Virus record (IMG/VR): IMGVR_UViG_3300017917_000723
Location: 1,251-65,250 of that record
Source: a virus
Lineage: Duplodnaviria; Caudoviricetes
Strand: one strand, 5' to 3'
DNA length: 64,000 nucleotides
The position numbers were made by a program, and so were the translations under genes. Position 1 is the stretch's first letter, and every line of letters starts with the position of its first letter. Positions 1 to 9,687 of this stretch are shown in pieces. The notes under the pieces were generated by a model, which saw only the letters and a program-made list of their open reading frames with translations, did no database searches and had not been told where the DNA came from.

Positions 1-58
1 TAAGTCCGTCAACCTTTATGTTTACTTCATCTCTTATTGTTAGTTTACAAATTGACAA
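1..58 (-). CDS. uvsW: N-terminus of probable UvsW-like SF2 helicase (runs off window edge)
   Basis: TTG start at 58 overlaps the end of the upstream gene and reads (M)SICKLTIRDEVNIKVDGL, resembling the N-termini of UvsW-like helicases in large T4-like phages. Only 19 codons are visible. Confidence 0.45.
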   Translation of the reverse strand, partial: MSICKLTIRDEVNIKVDGL

Positions 59-1235
59 TTTTTTGTCCTCGTTGCCCTGTAGGTTTTGTCTGTCCAAGAT
101 AAATTACACATGGATGACTACTAAACCAATCTCTCGCTAATACATTTGTAGGCGGATAAATGTTGTTAGTTACTAACATTTTAACATCTTCTTCAGACTT
201 AAACAACCACTTAGCCGGTTTAGATTCAAAAATTAAATACTTCCCCGATTCGACAGTTCCGCCAACACCTGCCGATTTAATCCATTCATTAAGACCTGCT
301 TTGCTCTCTTTAGGATCTCTGAAACAGACCTTAATTTCTTCTCTATCAATGCCATTTTTATCAGCATCTGAAACAAAACTTTGAAGCCATTGAATTGTAT
401 TACTGGACCTATCGAGGACTATACAAATTTTTCCTGAGACACGAGAACTTAGGTAAAAGAATTCTTCGTTAGTCTTAATCCAAAAAGTATTTTCTTGGGA
501 CGATGCAATTTTTTCGACGAAATTTTCAGGATTTTTTTGAAGTGGAAAACCTATGCTTTTTGCCAACAACAGATCATTAGTAGGTTCCCATTGCTTGTGA
601 CTGAACCACCATTCTCTTATCTCTGCAGATGCATTATGCAGTTCAACACAATTTTCTTCGATAGTAGAGTAAGGTACGATTTCTTCAGAATTTTGCCAGA
701 TTTCTTCCACATCTGCCAGAACATTCATAAAGCTATCGTCGATGTCAAATCCATGCTTCATGGCAAATTCGTAAAGACTGATTAGATTGAAATCATAGAA
801 TCGAAGTCTTCGAACCTTGTCTTCATTGTCCCAATGGCTGACTCGATGACTGTTGGGCAAATTCACATTTATTTCGTCATCGAACTCCTTTTTTAGCTGG
901 TAAGGAAATTTTAGACAAATTTCTAATTGTCCCGATTTGCCAGCTTCGACATAGATTCGTTTTTCTAAGTCGAGGACTCTAAAAGGCTGCTTCCATTCTA
1001 ATTTAGTCAGTTCGCCTCGATAGTCAAGTCCTAACGATGCTGACAGATTTTTGTATTTTTCCAGTAATTTTATGATGTAGTTGGCCTGATTTTTAGTCAG
1101 TGGATTCTGGTCATAAATCTTTGTATGGAAGCTGAGGATAGGCGAGAAGTCCTGGTGTTGTACATTCAGTTGACCAGACTGCACCAAGGCATAAAATTTG
1201 AGGAAAATGTCTTCTGCGAATACCGAGTTTAGCAT
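45..1235 (-). CDS. Hypothetical protein, 396 aa
   Basis: Long ORF with a near-consensus sigma70 promoter directly upstream; no motif recognised. Confidence 0.8.
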   Translation of the reverse strand: MLNSVFAEDIFLKFYALVQSGQLNVQHQDFSPILSFHTKIYDQNPLTKNQANYIIKLLEKYKNLSASLGLDYRGELTKLEWKQPFRVLDLEKRIYVEAGKSGQLEICLKFPYQLKKEFDDEINVNLPNSHRVSHWDNEDKVRRLRFYDFNLISLYEFAMKHGFDIDDSFMNVLADVEEIWQNSEEIVPYSTIEENCVELHNASAEIREWWFSHKQWEPTNDLLLAKSIGFPLQKNPENFVEKIASSQENTFWIKTNEEFFYLSSRVSGKICIVLDRSSNTIQWLQSFVSDADKNGIDREEIKVCFRDPKESKAGLNEWIKSAGVGGTVESGKYLIFESKPAKWLFKSEEDVKMLVTNNIYPPTNVLARDWFSSHPCVIYLGQTKPTGQRGQKIVNL

Positions 1236-1241
1236 TTTTTA

Positions 1242-1270
1242 ATTATAGCTGACGAAAATATGAAAGTCAA
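1242..1270 (-). promoter_or_regulatory. Sigma70-type promoter TTGACT-N17-TATAAT
   Basis: Minus strand reads TTGACT ttcatattttcgtcagc TATAAT taaaaa ATG(1235). No Shine-Dalgarno, so probably leaderless. Confidence 0.8.
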
Positions 1271-2091
1271 CCGAATAATCTTGCCAAAGGTATACCTTGG
1301 CGAATTTCGTCAACTGTCCATTCCGTGTGGCATAATTTTAAAAACCATTCTTCTCGATCAGATAGTGTAGGGTTTTCTAAATTTTCCCATGAAATTGATA
1401 AAGGTGCTGCTAAACTAGAGGAATCGCATAAAATCGGTACTCCCTGTATAGCCGCCTGTACAGCCGGGCCGCTATTATAGTTTATAACACAGTGATAGTT
1501 ATAAAAAATATCAAAGTCATCATAGGTGTTCGGTAACCTTTGTGGTCTTTCTAATATAATGTTGGGCATCACAAAAGGAAAAGGTGACCTAGGATGTGGT
1601 CTAACTATAATTCTTCGATTAGTTTTTTCTCTTATTTTAGAAATTGTGTCCTCAACCCACTTTTTCATAGTTGGCATACCTTCCCATTGAAGACTTTCTT
1701 GGTGCTGGCATGCTATTAGAACTTCTCCGCGGCGCCTCTCTGGAGGAGGTTTAAGAAATACTCCTAATTTTTGTGGCCTGTTTGAATCAAGGTCTTTGTC
1801 GTTACCAAAAATTCCAAGACTGTTAATATGGTTTAGAGAAACACGCCACGTTTCGTTTCTTTTTAAATTACCAACTTCTATAATAATTACTGGTTTGCCA
1901 GTATTTTTGCATTCATGGTAGATTCTTCTATTTTCTCGCATACGTCCCGACCACAGAACCGACCAAATGACAGCTACATCCTCATTTTCTGAGACAGACT
2001 CATGGCCAAGTGACCTCAGTCCTTCTTCGAAAGCATCAAAGACTGGTCTACTGTTAAGGGCACCGTATTCGCGATAAAGTTTGAAGCGCAT
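1267..2091 (-). CDS. Capsule-synthesis-like (KpsS/KpsC-like) GT-B glycosyltransferase, paralog 1
   Basis: Motifs VRPHP, NYNSGPAVQAAIQGVP and REEWFLKLCHTEWTVDEIRQG are shared with five other island genes. Confidence 0.6.
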   Translation of the reverse strand: MRFKLYREYGALNSRPVFDAFEEGLRSLGHESVSENEDVAVIWSVLWSGRMRENRRIYHECKNTGKPVIIIEVGNLKRNETWRVSLNHINSLGIFGNDKDLDSNRPQKLGVFLKPPPERRRGEVLIACQHQESLQWEGMPTMKKWVEDTISKIREKTNRRIIVRPHPRSPFPFVMPNIILERPQRLPNTYDDFDIFYNYHCVINYNSGPAVQAAIQGVPILCDSSSLAAPLSISWENLENPTLSDREEWFLKLCHTEWTVDEIRQGIPLARLFG

Positions 2092-2099
2092 ATATAAAC

Positions 2100-2119
2100 T
2101 AAATAATCTACGTATTTAA
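2100..2119. promoter_or_regulatory. Overlapping divergent T4-like late promoter cores
   Basis: TAAATA on + at 2100-2105 and TAAATA on - (tattta 2113-2118) lie in the 35 bp gap between divergent genes. Confidence 0.5.
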
Positions 2120-2126
2120 TCAGATC

Positions 2127-2525
2127 ATGGACAAGTTTCAAAAAAGAGTACAAAAAATATCTAGACCTAACGAAAATGCTGTTGTGATTGGCAGCGGGTT
2201 TGGTCGGCTTGAAGATATTTTAAAAATTTTCAATACAGTATTTGTGTTAGGCGGGCCAATGCCTGAAATAAAAGCAAAAAATTTAGTATACAAAGAATCT
2301 TATCAAAATTTAAACAACATAACACTGATAAGTGCTATATTTTTTGACTTAAATGATATAGGTAAGTTGGAAGATTTTAAAAGTTTCTGGCAAAGAAACG
2401 ATTCTGTGATTATTATCGAAGGCGACGAACCTATTGGTAGAGAATTTTCTAAATCTTTGTATGATACAGGCTGGGGTTGTACTAGTTTACAAGGATTTTT
2501 TCATGTATGGGAAAAAATAAAATGA
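2127..2525 (+). CDS. Hypothetical protein, possibly a degenerate Rossmann/methyltransferase-like fold
   Basis: 132 aa ORF with a VVIGSGFG glycine motif; translationally coupled to the next gene. Confidence 0.6.
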   Translation: MDKFQKRVQKISRPNENAVVIGSGFGRLEDILKIFNTVFVLGGPMPEIKAKNLVYKESYQNLNNITLISAIFFDLNDIGKLEDFKSFWQRNDSVIIIEGDEPIGREFSKSLYDTGWGCTSLQGFFHVWEKIK

Positions 2526-3358
2526 AATATGCGGTAGTTACTACCTTTCACGAGAAAGGATTGAAGGATTACGGTCAACGAATGATTGACACATTCTGTA
2601 AAAACTGGCCAGAAGAGGTAACCTTACACATTTATCCTGAACTTTGTAATCCTGCTATCAGCAATCATAACCATGTAACCTTAAAACGTCTTGAAGAACT
2701 AGAAGATTTGATGAAATTTAAAGAAAAATGGAAAGATGTTCCGAAAGCCAACGGAGATGTCAGTGCGGACCCAGTAAGAAGTAAAAGAAAAGATGCAGGT
2801 AAGGGGTTTAAGTGGAACGCTATTAGGTTCGCTCATAAAGTTTATGCAATTTTTCATTGTGCGCAAACTACAGATGCCGATATTATCATATGGATGGATG
2901 CGGACACTGTATGTCACAGTCCTATTTCGTTAAAAGACATTGAAAGATTAATTCCTGCTGATTCCGAACTATGTTATCTTGGTAGAAAAGGAAAATATAG
3001 CGAGTGCGGACTTTACTCAATGAATTTAAGATCAGAAAATGTTAAAAATTTTCTAAAAGAATTTCAAAAATTTTACGACGATGCAGAAAACGGTATTTTT
3101 ACACTAGAGGAATGGCATGATAGTTTTGTTTTTGATGCTGTTCGTAAAAAATTTCCTCAAATGAGACAAATAGACTGGGCAGCATCATTGCAAGATCTTC
3201 GTCCTCGTCCCGGAATGAGCTCGGGCGAAGGACATCCTCTAATTAATAGCGACTGGGGCGCTTGGTTAGACCATTTAAAAGGTGGTAGAAAAAATAGAGG
3301 TCGAAGTAGTAAGGAAGATCTTAAGGTAAAACGTAACGAACCGTATTGGAACCAATGA
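2522..3358 (+). CDS. GT-A fold glycosyltransferase (nucleotide-diphospho-sugar transferase)
   Basis: IIWMDADT (DxD motif), RFAHKVYA, EWHDSFVF and DHLKG. Start moved to ATG 2522 (ATGA overlap). Confidence 0.75.
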   Translation: MKYAVVTTFHEKGLKDYGQRMIDTFCKNWPEEVTLHIYPELCNPAISNHNHVTLKRLEELEDLMKFKEKWKDVPKANGDVSADPVRSKRKDAGKGFKWNAIRFAHKVYAIFHCAQTTDADIIIWMDADTVCHSPISLKDIERLIPADSELCYLGRKGKYSECGLYSMNLRSENVKNFLKEFQKFYDDAENGIFTLEEWHDSFVFDAVRKKFPQMRQIDWAASLQDLRPRPGMSSGEGHPLINSDWGAWLDHLKGGRKNRGRSSKEDLKVKRNEPYWNQ

Positions 3359-4134
3359 AAACTCCTAATTTTATTTGTTTAGAGAACACAGGTTACGGTG
3401 CAGATGAATTTACCCGAGGCAGTGGTGGAATATTTGTTGCCGATAGAGAAGCTATGTACTCTAATACCACATTACCAATGTGTTGGGCTGGATTTTTTAA
3501 ACCTCAATGGTTAGAGATTTGTGAAAAACATTTTTTAGATTTTTATAATTTAGATAGTGCTTATTTTGGAAACAAAAAAACTAAAACAATTTTTAGACTT
3601 ACAAAAAACGGATTTCAAAATACCAACAACATCATCGATCGGCCAATAGATAGATGGGAAAAACTTAAATTAAATTTAGATAGTTTTAAACAGGGCGGAG
3701 ATATTGTTATTGTACCACCTGATAGAAAAATTTGTCATACATTAAATCTAGGATCTGTTGACGAATGGACAGACAATCTTCGTAATCAAATTAAAAACTA
3801 TTCAGGTAGAAGTATCAAAGTTCGGAATAGACCAGAACCTCGCAGCGAACGCACTACAACAAACACATTTAAAGATTTTATCAAAGATAATACACATTGT
3901 GTAATCGGATTTGCATCTAATGCATTAGTGGAAGCAGCTATGTGTGATATTCCTGTTATTTCTATTGGACGTTCTGCTACAAAAAGTTTATATTCAAATA
4001 ATTTAGAACATATAGAAGATTTAAAGCCTGCCGATGCAGATAAAAAACAGGCCTGGTTGAATCACCTATCATATTCTCAATTTGATAGGGAAGAACTATT
4101 GTCTGGTTATGCTTGGGAAGTAATTAACAATTAA
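3355..4134 (+). CDS. Capsule-synthesis-like GT-B protein, paralog 2
   Basis: DSAYFGN, SNALVEAAMCDIPV and WLNHLSYSQFDREELLSGYAW. Start at ATG 3355 (ATGA overlap). Confidence 0.6.
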   Translation: MKTPNFICLENTGYGADEFTRGSGGIFVADREAMYSNTTLPMCWAGFFKPQWLEICEKHFLDFYNLDSAYFGNKKTKTIFRLTKNGFQNTNNIIDRPIDRWEKLKLNLDSFKQGGDIVIVPPDRKICHTLNLGSVDEWTDNLRNQIKNYSGRSIKVRNRPEPRSERTTTNTFKDFIKDNTHCVIGFASNALVEAAMCDIPVISIGRSATKSLYSNNLEHIEDLKPADADKKQAWLNHLSYSQFDREELLSGYAWEVINN

Positions 4135-4841
4135 CTAGCATATCTCGGAGCATACGGTCCTGGACCTAAATATCTTTTTAAGATCTTTTTATCAACTGGA
4201 CTGTTATGCCCGGTTCTAGGTGCCCACACAAAATTTCGTTTACTTTTTATATAAACTGCTTCGTATCCGTGATCTTCCATTAATTTACAGCAGTGATCTA
4301 TATCTTCGTTTATTTCTATCATTACCCAAGGTCTTTGTGTTTCTATGATAGATTTCATACCTTTTAACACTTCTAATTCCCAGCCTTGAGTATCAATTTT
4401 TACCATATCAACTTCTGTAAGATTTTCTTCATCTAGTTTTACAACAGGAACTTTATAAGATGATTTAACTCCCTCTCGACATAATTTCCCGTCACCACAA
4501 TTTTTTCCGGCTTGATGAAATTCAGCTTCACCGGAAAAATCAGCTACAGCCTTTTCTCTCAATTCTATACCAGTAGGAATATTCATTTTAATACATTCAA
4601 TATTTTGTTTAGATGGCTCATATGACACTGTTTTCTTAAAATGTTTAGACATAGGAAGGCTCCATATTCCAACATTGGCTCCGACATCAATGAATGTTCT
4701 TTTATTAGGCAAATGATCAAGTATTGCTTGTCGATATTTGTCTTCGTATGCAGGATTTTCCATTGATTTGTCGTTTTCTAATAATCCTGTAACTCGTGTG
4801 TCGTCGTCTGGAACTAACCATCCGTTAGCTAATTGTTTCAT
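4131..4841 (-). CDS. FkbM-family SAM-dependent methyltransferase
   Basis: FIDVGANVG, SYEPS and VKIDTQGWELEVLKG are typical FkbM motifs. Confidence 0.9.
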   Translation of the reverse strand: MKQLANGWLVPDDDTRVTGLLENDKSMENPAYEDKYRQAILDHLPNKRTFIDVGANVGIWSLPMSKHFKKTVSYEPSKQNIECIKMNIPTGIELREKAVADFSGEAEFHQAGKNCGDGKLCREGVKSSYKVPVVKLDEENLTEVDMVKIDTQGWELEVLKGMKSIIETQRPWVMIEINEDIDHCCKLMEDHGYEAVYIKSKRNFVWAPRTGHNSPVDKKILKRYLGPGPYAPRYAS

Positions 4842-5437
4842 ACTGCATCCTTATTAATTATGATTGCACATTGCATTATAGTTTTTCCATTTTCGTTTTT
4901 TTCTATAATTTCTTTTACATCTATTCCTTGAGACTTTAGTTCTTGGATAAATTTTGCCACACCAGGAAATTTATTTTCGTAGGTGTCATCAAATATAATT
5001 ATCTTACTATTTTGAACTTGTTCGTAATCCCATTTAACTGTTGAATACGAATGTCCTCCATCTATATATACCATATCAAACTGTAGAGGACCTTTTAATA
5101 CTTCATGTGTCCAGCCTTTAATAATATTATAAGATTCTAATAGATCGTTTTTTACATATTTGTCACAGCGATCTTTGATTTTTTCGTAAGACGCAGATTC
5201 TTTTCCGTTGTGTTCCATTTCTCCTGTAATAGGATTTTTTGGATATTCAAATGTAGGTCGTTCTGCTAATTCAAATGCATCGTAACCTATATAATCTATT
5301 TTATATCCTAGTTCTTTAGATAGAGGAATTAAAGATTTTAAAGTTAATCCCTCGTGACAACCTATTTCGCAAAATGTTTTTGGTTTATATTTTTCTAATA
5401 AAGGTTTAAAAACCTGATTCCATTTATAATCTTTCAT
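4838..5437 (-). CDS. Class I SAM-dependent methyltransferase (Methyltransf_24-like)
   Basis: EIGCHEG, YIDGGHSY and IIFDD motifs. Confidence 0.85.
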   Translation of the reverse strand: MKDYKWNQVFKPLLEKYKPKTFCEIGCHEGLTLKSLIPLSKELGYKIDYIGYDAFELAERPTFEYPKNPITGEMEHNGKESASYEKIKDRCDKYVKNDLLESYNIIKGWTHEVLKGPLQFDMVYIDGGHSYSTVKWDYEQVQNSKIIIFDDTYENKFPGVAKFIQELKSQGIDVKEIIEKNENGKTIMQCAIIINKDAV

Positions 5438-6357
5438 ATATATTTTTTAAAAAAATCCCAAGCCTCTCCTGATCTTAATTCATCAAAATTCCAATGACAC
5501 ATAGATAATTTTTCTACCCACTGTTGTCTTTCTGGCATATTAGGATTTTCTATATCCCTTAAATTTAAATTGGCTACTGCAAGACTTTGACTGTATTCTG
5601 GTTTTGGATCTGTTAAGAAAACTGGAATCCCTTCGATTGCACTAGCTACGCTAGGAGAACTGTTATAAACCACAGTAGCCCAGGCATTAACAAAATCCTG
5701 TGTTAACAGTTTATTTTTACTTATAGAAGTATTGGGATGATTTATTTTTAGATAAGTTGAAACTTTTTTATCTCCCGGATGACTTCTTACGATTATATGT
5801 CGTGAACTATACTTTCTGATTTCACGTATTGTTCTATCTAACCATTCCATTACTGGAAGACCTCTCATGCTCCAACCACCATTTCTTTGTAGGCAAATTA
5901 AAATATGACTTCCGTTGGATCTATAAGGTTTTAGTGTAATGCCTAAATTTTTGCTAATCTTTTCCCAACGCTGTGGATCTATATCAGTGTCAAAATAAAA
6001 TCCAGTAGTTGGAAAAACTCCATCAAAACTATATCTTAGATATCTTTTAGAATTTTCCGGATCTGCGTATAAAAATAAATTACTATCGACTATTAAGCTT
6101 CTTTTACCATTACGCCGTTGTAAATCTACTGCGTCTTTTCTTAATTTTAAATGCGGTAGATTTTTACCATCGTCGTGTACAAATCCTTGAATAAGTGCTA
6201 CATCGCATTCAATAGCGTTCATGCCTCTGTGAGCTATTGCAGTGTCGCCCAATGCAGATACACCTTGACAAAAATTATCGAGGATTAGAGGTTTTTCTAA
6301 ATTAGTATTTTTAGGAGGAATTCCTCCGTAATATGCTACTGCTGTTAACTTAGACAT
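5434..6357 (-). CDS. Capsule-synthesis-like GT-B glycosyltransferase, paralog 3
   Basis: VRSHPGD, YNSSPSVASAIEGIP and RQQWVEKLSMCHWNFDELRSGEAW. Confidence 0.6.
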   Translation of the reverse strand: MSKLTAVAYYGGIPPKNTNLEKPLILDNFCQGVSALGDTAIAHRGMNAIECDVALIQGFVHDDGKNLPHLKLRKDAVDLQRRNGKRSLIVDSNLFLYADPENSKRYLRYSFDGVFPTTGFYFDTDIDPQRWEKISKNLGITLKPYRSNGSHILICLQRNGGWSMRGLPVMEWLDRTIREIRKYSSRHIIVRSHPGDKKVSTYLKINHPNTSISKNKLLTQDFVNAWATVVYNSSPSVASAIEGIPVFLTDPKPEYSQSLAVANLNLRDIENPNMPERQQWVEKLSMCHWNFDELRSGEAWDFFKKYI

Positions 6358-7432
6358 GATATTTTTTAACTATGGTATAAGCAGTTCCGTTTACAAGTTC
6401 ATCAAATGTAAATTGACTATAACTTAATATCGATAACCAATTAGATAGAGATCCCCTATAAAGATTGTTTATATCCGATAATTGATTTCTAGCCACGCTA
6501 TTTGATATATGTTTGTCTAGAGTAATTACCGGAATGCCAGCCCATATAGATTCTGTAGCTGCATTAGAATTGATACTTACAACACAGTAATAGTCTTCGT
6601 CTAACAGATGTTTATATAACGGAGCTCGTTTTTTCTTAGGAGCCTTTTCTCTAAATACGATTTTTTTATCTGTATATTTTCTTAACTCTTCTTCTACAGA
6701 TTTTTTCCATTGAGATATTTCAACGTGGAAAATAGAAGCGGCAAATTCTCCCGGTTCTATAATTAAAATTTTATCTCCGCCTGTGCGCCATTGTGCCGGA
6801 AAGGTTTCAAACATTCCTAGACGATCTACCGGAGCTTCAAAATTTTTATTAAAATGTAGATGGTTTCTTACTAGACGATGCCATGTTTTGTGTGTACCTA
6901 AAAAATTTGTGTACCCGCTATCTATAAACCAAAAAGGTAACTTATCGTCTATTTTTTTAGTTAAAAAATTTTCATTGCCTACTGTATTTCTAATTAATAC
7001 ATCTTCTTTAATGTCTGAATATTTTTTTCTACGACAAAATTCTCCGTTAGGATCTATCTGAAGTCCTACACTTTTACAAAAATATTCAACTTTACTGTTT
7101 TTATAATTTTCAAATATAAATTCTTCGCCAAATCGATTAATAAAATATTCTAGATGAGTTCTAACATTTTTAATGTAATGATTTCTTAATAGAGAAATTT
7201 CACTTTTAACAGTGTCGACATAAGTTTTTAAATCTTGTTCTACAGCTTTATATACCTTGTCACGAACTTTTTCAATATTCAGATCTTTACCTTTACCTTT
7301 TCTATCCAACACCCAGCCTACTGCATCGTTAGTATTTGTTAAAGGAACTTTTATTTTTGATACGTGCTCTTTTATATCTATTAATTCTGCTAGATAATTA
7401 GAAACTTCTTTGTCGTTTAATAAAATTTTCAT
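6350..7432 (-). CDS. Capsule-synthesis-like GT-B protein, paralog 4, with N-terminal extension
   Basis: FIDSGY, WHRLVRN, INSNAATESIWAGIP and LSYSQFTFDELVNGTAY. Confidence 0.6.
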   Translation of the reverse strand: MKILLNDKEVSNYLAELIDIKEHVSKIKVPLTNTNDAVGWVLDRKGKGKDLNIEKVRDKVYKAVEQDLKTYVDTVKSEISLLRNHYIKNVRTHLEYFINRFGEEFIFENYKNSKVEYFCKSVGLQIDPNGEFCRRKKYSDIKEDVLIRNTVGNENFLTKKIDDKLPFWFIDSGYTNFLGTHKTWHRLVRNHLHFNKNFEAPVDRLGMFETFPAQWRTGGDKILIIEPGEFAASIFHVEISQWKKSVEEELRKYTDKKIVFREKAPKKKRAPLYKHLLDEDYYCVVSINSNAATESIWAGIPVITLDKHISNSVARNQLSDINNLYRGSLSNWLSILSYSQFTFDELVNGTAYTIVKKYHV

Positions 7433-8214
7433 GGATTATACTTCTTTAAAATTTTCCAAGCTGTTCCGTTTTCCATTTCTTGTCCGGTAAATTGACTATA
7501 AGCAAGCCCTCTGCAATGTTGTTGAACAAGATCTGCATCAGGATAATACGGATTTGAAATTTGTGTTAGATCTGTTGATGCTAACGGTGATGCTGCACAC
7601 GGTGATGACACAAACGAAGGTATACCATACGCAATAGATTCCATTGCAGCAATACTATTAAAGGCAACGGTTGCAAAAACACCACTATCGAAAGCATCGT
7701 AGATTGTATAAACCGTTCCTCGATAACTTCTAGATCCTTTTTCTCTTATTTCTATGGCCATGTCTGTGTTTTGTTTAATTGTTTCTAGTGTATTCTTTAC
7801 CCAGTCGTCGTAGTTTATTCCGTAAAACACACAAGATTTTCTATTAGGTAAAACAACTAGAATTTTATTTCCGTTCTTTTTCCATCCATGCCATTTTAAT
7901 CTAGGATCACCTTTAACTAGACTTTCCCATCTGTCTGCAGGATAGTTCCCAATTGATGTATTTTGTAATTGATTTTTTACAATTCGATGCCAGATCTTTT
8001 TTCCGGAAGGATTTCCGTTGCTTATAAAATTACCAAAATATCCAGTATCCATGTAGAAAAAATCACGATTTTCTTTCCATAGCTGATGAATACTTTTTCT
8101 TTTAACTATACCTCTAAAAACAGTTGGCTTGGTTAGATCATTTGAGTCTAATGAAACTTCGCCGTTAGTTCCTTTAACAAATGCCTGTTCCCAACCTAGT
8201 TTTTCTTCATCCAT
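7429..8214 (-). CDS. Capsule-synthesis-like GT-B protein, paralog 5
   Basis: YMDTGYFGN, WHRIVKN, FNSIAAMESIAYGIP and LAYSQFTGQEMENGTAW. Confidence 0.6.
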   Translation of the reverse strand: MDEEKLGWEQAFVKGTNGEVSLDSNDLTKPTVFRGIVKRKSIHQLWKENRDFFYMDTGYFGNFISNGNPSGKKIWHRIVKNQLQNTSIGNYPADRWESLVKGDPRLKWHGWKKNGNKILVVLPNRKSCVFYGINYDDWVKNTLETIKQNTDMAIEIREKGSRSYRGTVYTIYDAFDSGVFATVAFNSIAAMESIAYGIPSFVSSPCAASPLASTDLTQISNPYYPDADLVQQHCRGLAYSQFTGQEMENGTAWKILKKYNP

Positions 8215-9010
8215 AAAATTTTTCCAATAATTCTTTTGCTTTTCCAGATTTTAATTCGCTAATATGAAATTGTCCGTATGATAAATGACAAGCCCATGCA
8301 TATAATTTATCTTTATCTGGATAGTAAGGTTCGTTTATTTTAGTGAGGTCTTGAAGTGACACAGGACTCGCAGCGTTTGTGGGTGCTAAGGTAAATGCCG
8401 GTATACCGTGGAACACACTTTCTATGGCAGCAACACTATTAAATGTTACTAGAGCAAATACGTCATCATCTAAGGCTTCTTGTAATGTATTATGAACAAT
8501 CCTATCGGTTCTATTTTTTACACGTTCTCTAACAACAACAGGCCTGTCGGTATATTGTCTTATAGTTTCTACGGTAGTTTTTATCCAGTCTTGTTGTGTT
8601 GTTCCGTAAAATTTACAAGGTTTTTCGTCGGGTGCCGCAATTAAAATCTTACGACCGTCTTTTTTCCAAGGTTGAAATTTTTTATTAAAATGTTTAAATC
8701 TGTCATCTGGTCTTGAAATTATTTCGTTTCCGTGTTGAAGATCATTTTTTACTATGCGATGCCAATATTTCCAACCGTTAGGATTTGTATTAGTTGCCTC
8801 GTTACCAAAATATCCGGTATCCATGAAATAAAATATTCGACCGTCTTCCCAACATCTATGTATAATTTTTTTCTTTAATATCCCTCTTAGTATAATTGGG
8901 TCTTTACTATCTTCGTAATTAAAGTTGTCAGTGTTTACCACAGGACTATTGCAGCCTTTAGCAAACATATTAATATACGGATCTTCCCCGTCTTTACTAA
9001 GAAAAATCAT
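8207..9010 (-). CDS. Capsule-synthesis-like GT-B protein, paralog 6
   Basis: FMDTGYFGN, WHRIVKN, FNSVAAIESVFHGIP and LSYGQFHISELKSGKA. Start at ATG 9010 (ATGA overlap). Confidence 0.6.
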   Translation of the reverse strand: MIFLSKDGEDPYINMFAKGCNSPVVNTDNFNYEDSKDPIILRGILKKKIIHRCWEDGRIFYFMDTGYFGNEATNTNPNGWKYWHRIVKNDLQHGNEIISRPDDRFKHFNKKFQPWKKDGRKILIAAPDEKPCKFYGTTQQDWIKTTVETIRQYTDRPVVVRERVKNRTDRIVHNTLQEALDDDVFALVTFNSVAAIESVFHGIPAFTLAPTNAASPVSLQDLTKINEPYYPDKDKLYAWACHLSYGQFHISELKSGKAKELLEKFYG

Positions 9011-9687
9011 AGACCGTGTTGTAGACAATAGTCGGTATAAATTCTTTCTCTATGCCATTCGTCTCCCATAGGAGTTGTTGCAAAATCATGAAAGCTAGGA
9101 GTACCAAGGGTATAGTGCAATAGTTTAGCATCTTGATTTGATCCAAACTCGTCGGGAAGCCAATTCCATTCTATAGGTAAAGAACCTACATCATTTTCAT
9201 CAATGCACCAAGTAAATCTGTGTAATTGTGCTCCAGTAGATTTTTGTATAAATTCAGGAGTTAATATTTTATTTTTCGGATGACCACAATTCCAAAGGAT
9301 GACACTAGACCAATTTTTGCAAGGATAGTCTTCGTTTTTAGCTCCGAGATATTTTGTAGTCATCCTAGTCTTATAATTATGCTTAACTACCATGACAGCG
9401 TGTTTATCATCTCGCATGTTCCATAGCTTAACAATATCGTCTCTTAACAGCATATCTCCGTCCATGAATATCGCCCATCCTTGATAATTCATTAGATGAG
9501 GAACAAGAAATCTGCTATAGATAAAATGATTGCTACCGTCATTGTGCATTTCTTTATATCCGTTTAAGATATTTAATGCTAACGGAGCCACGGTAACCGG
9601 TTGACTAGAATGTCTAATAATACTATTTGTGCATACGTGGTATGCTACTGCTTCTCTAGGGTCATATCCTATAAAAATTGGAATCAT
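9007..9687 (-). CDS. GT-A glycosyltransferase (GT8-like, widespread phage family)
   Basis: IFIGYDPRE, FIYSRFLVP, FMDGDM (DxD), KNWSS, EWNWL and LHYTLGTP. Confidence 0.85.
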   Translation of the reverse strand: MIPIFIGYDPREAVAYHVCTNSIIRHSSQPVTVAPLALNILNGYKEMHNDGSNHFIYSRFLVPHLMNYQGWAIFMDGDMLLRDDIVKLWNMRDDKHAVMVVKHNYKTRMTTKYLGAKNEDYPCKNWSSVILWNCGHPKNKILTPEFIQKSTGAQLHRFTWCIDENDVGSLPIEWNWLPDEFGSNQDAKLLHYTLGTPSFHDFATTPMGDEWHRERIYTDYCLQHGL

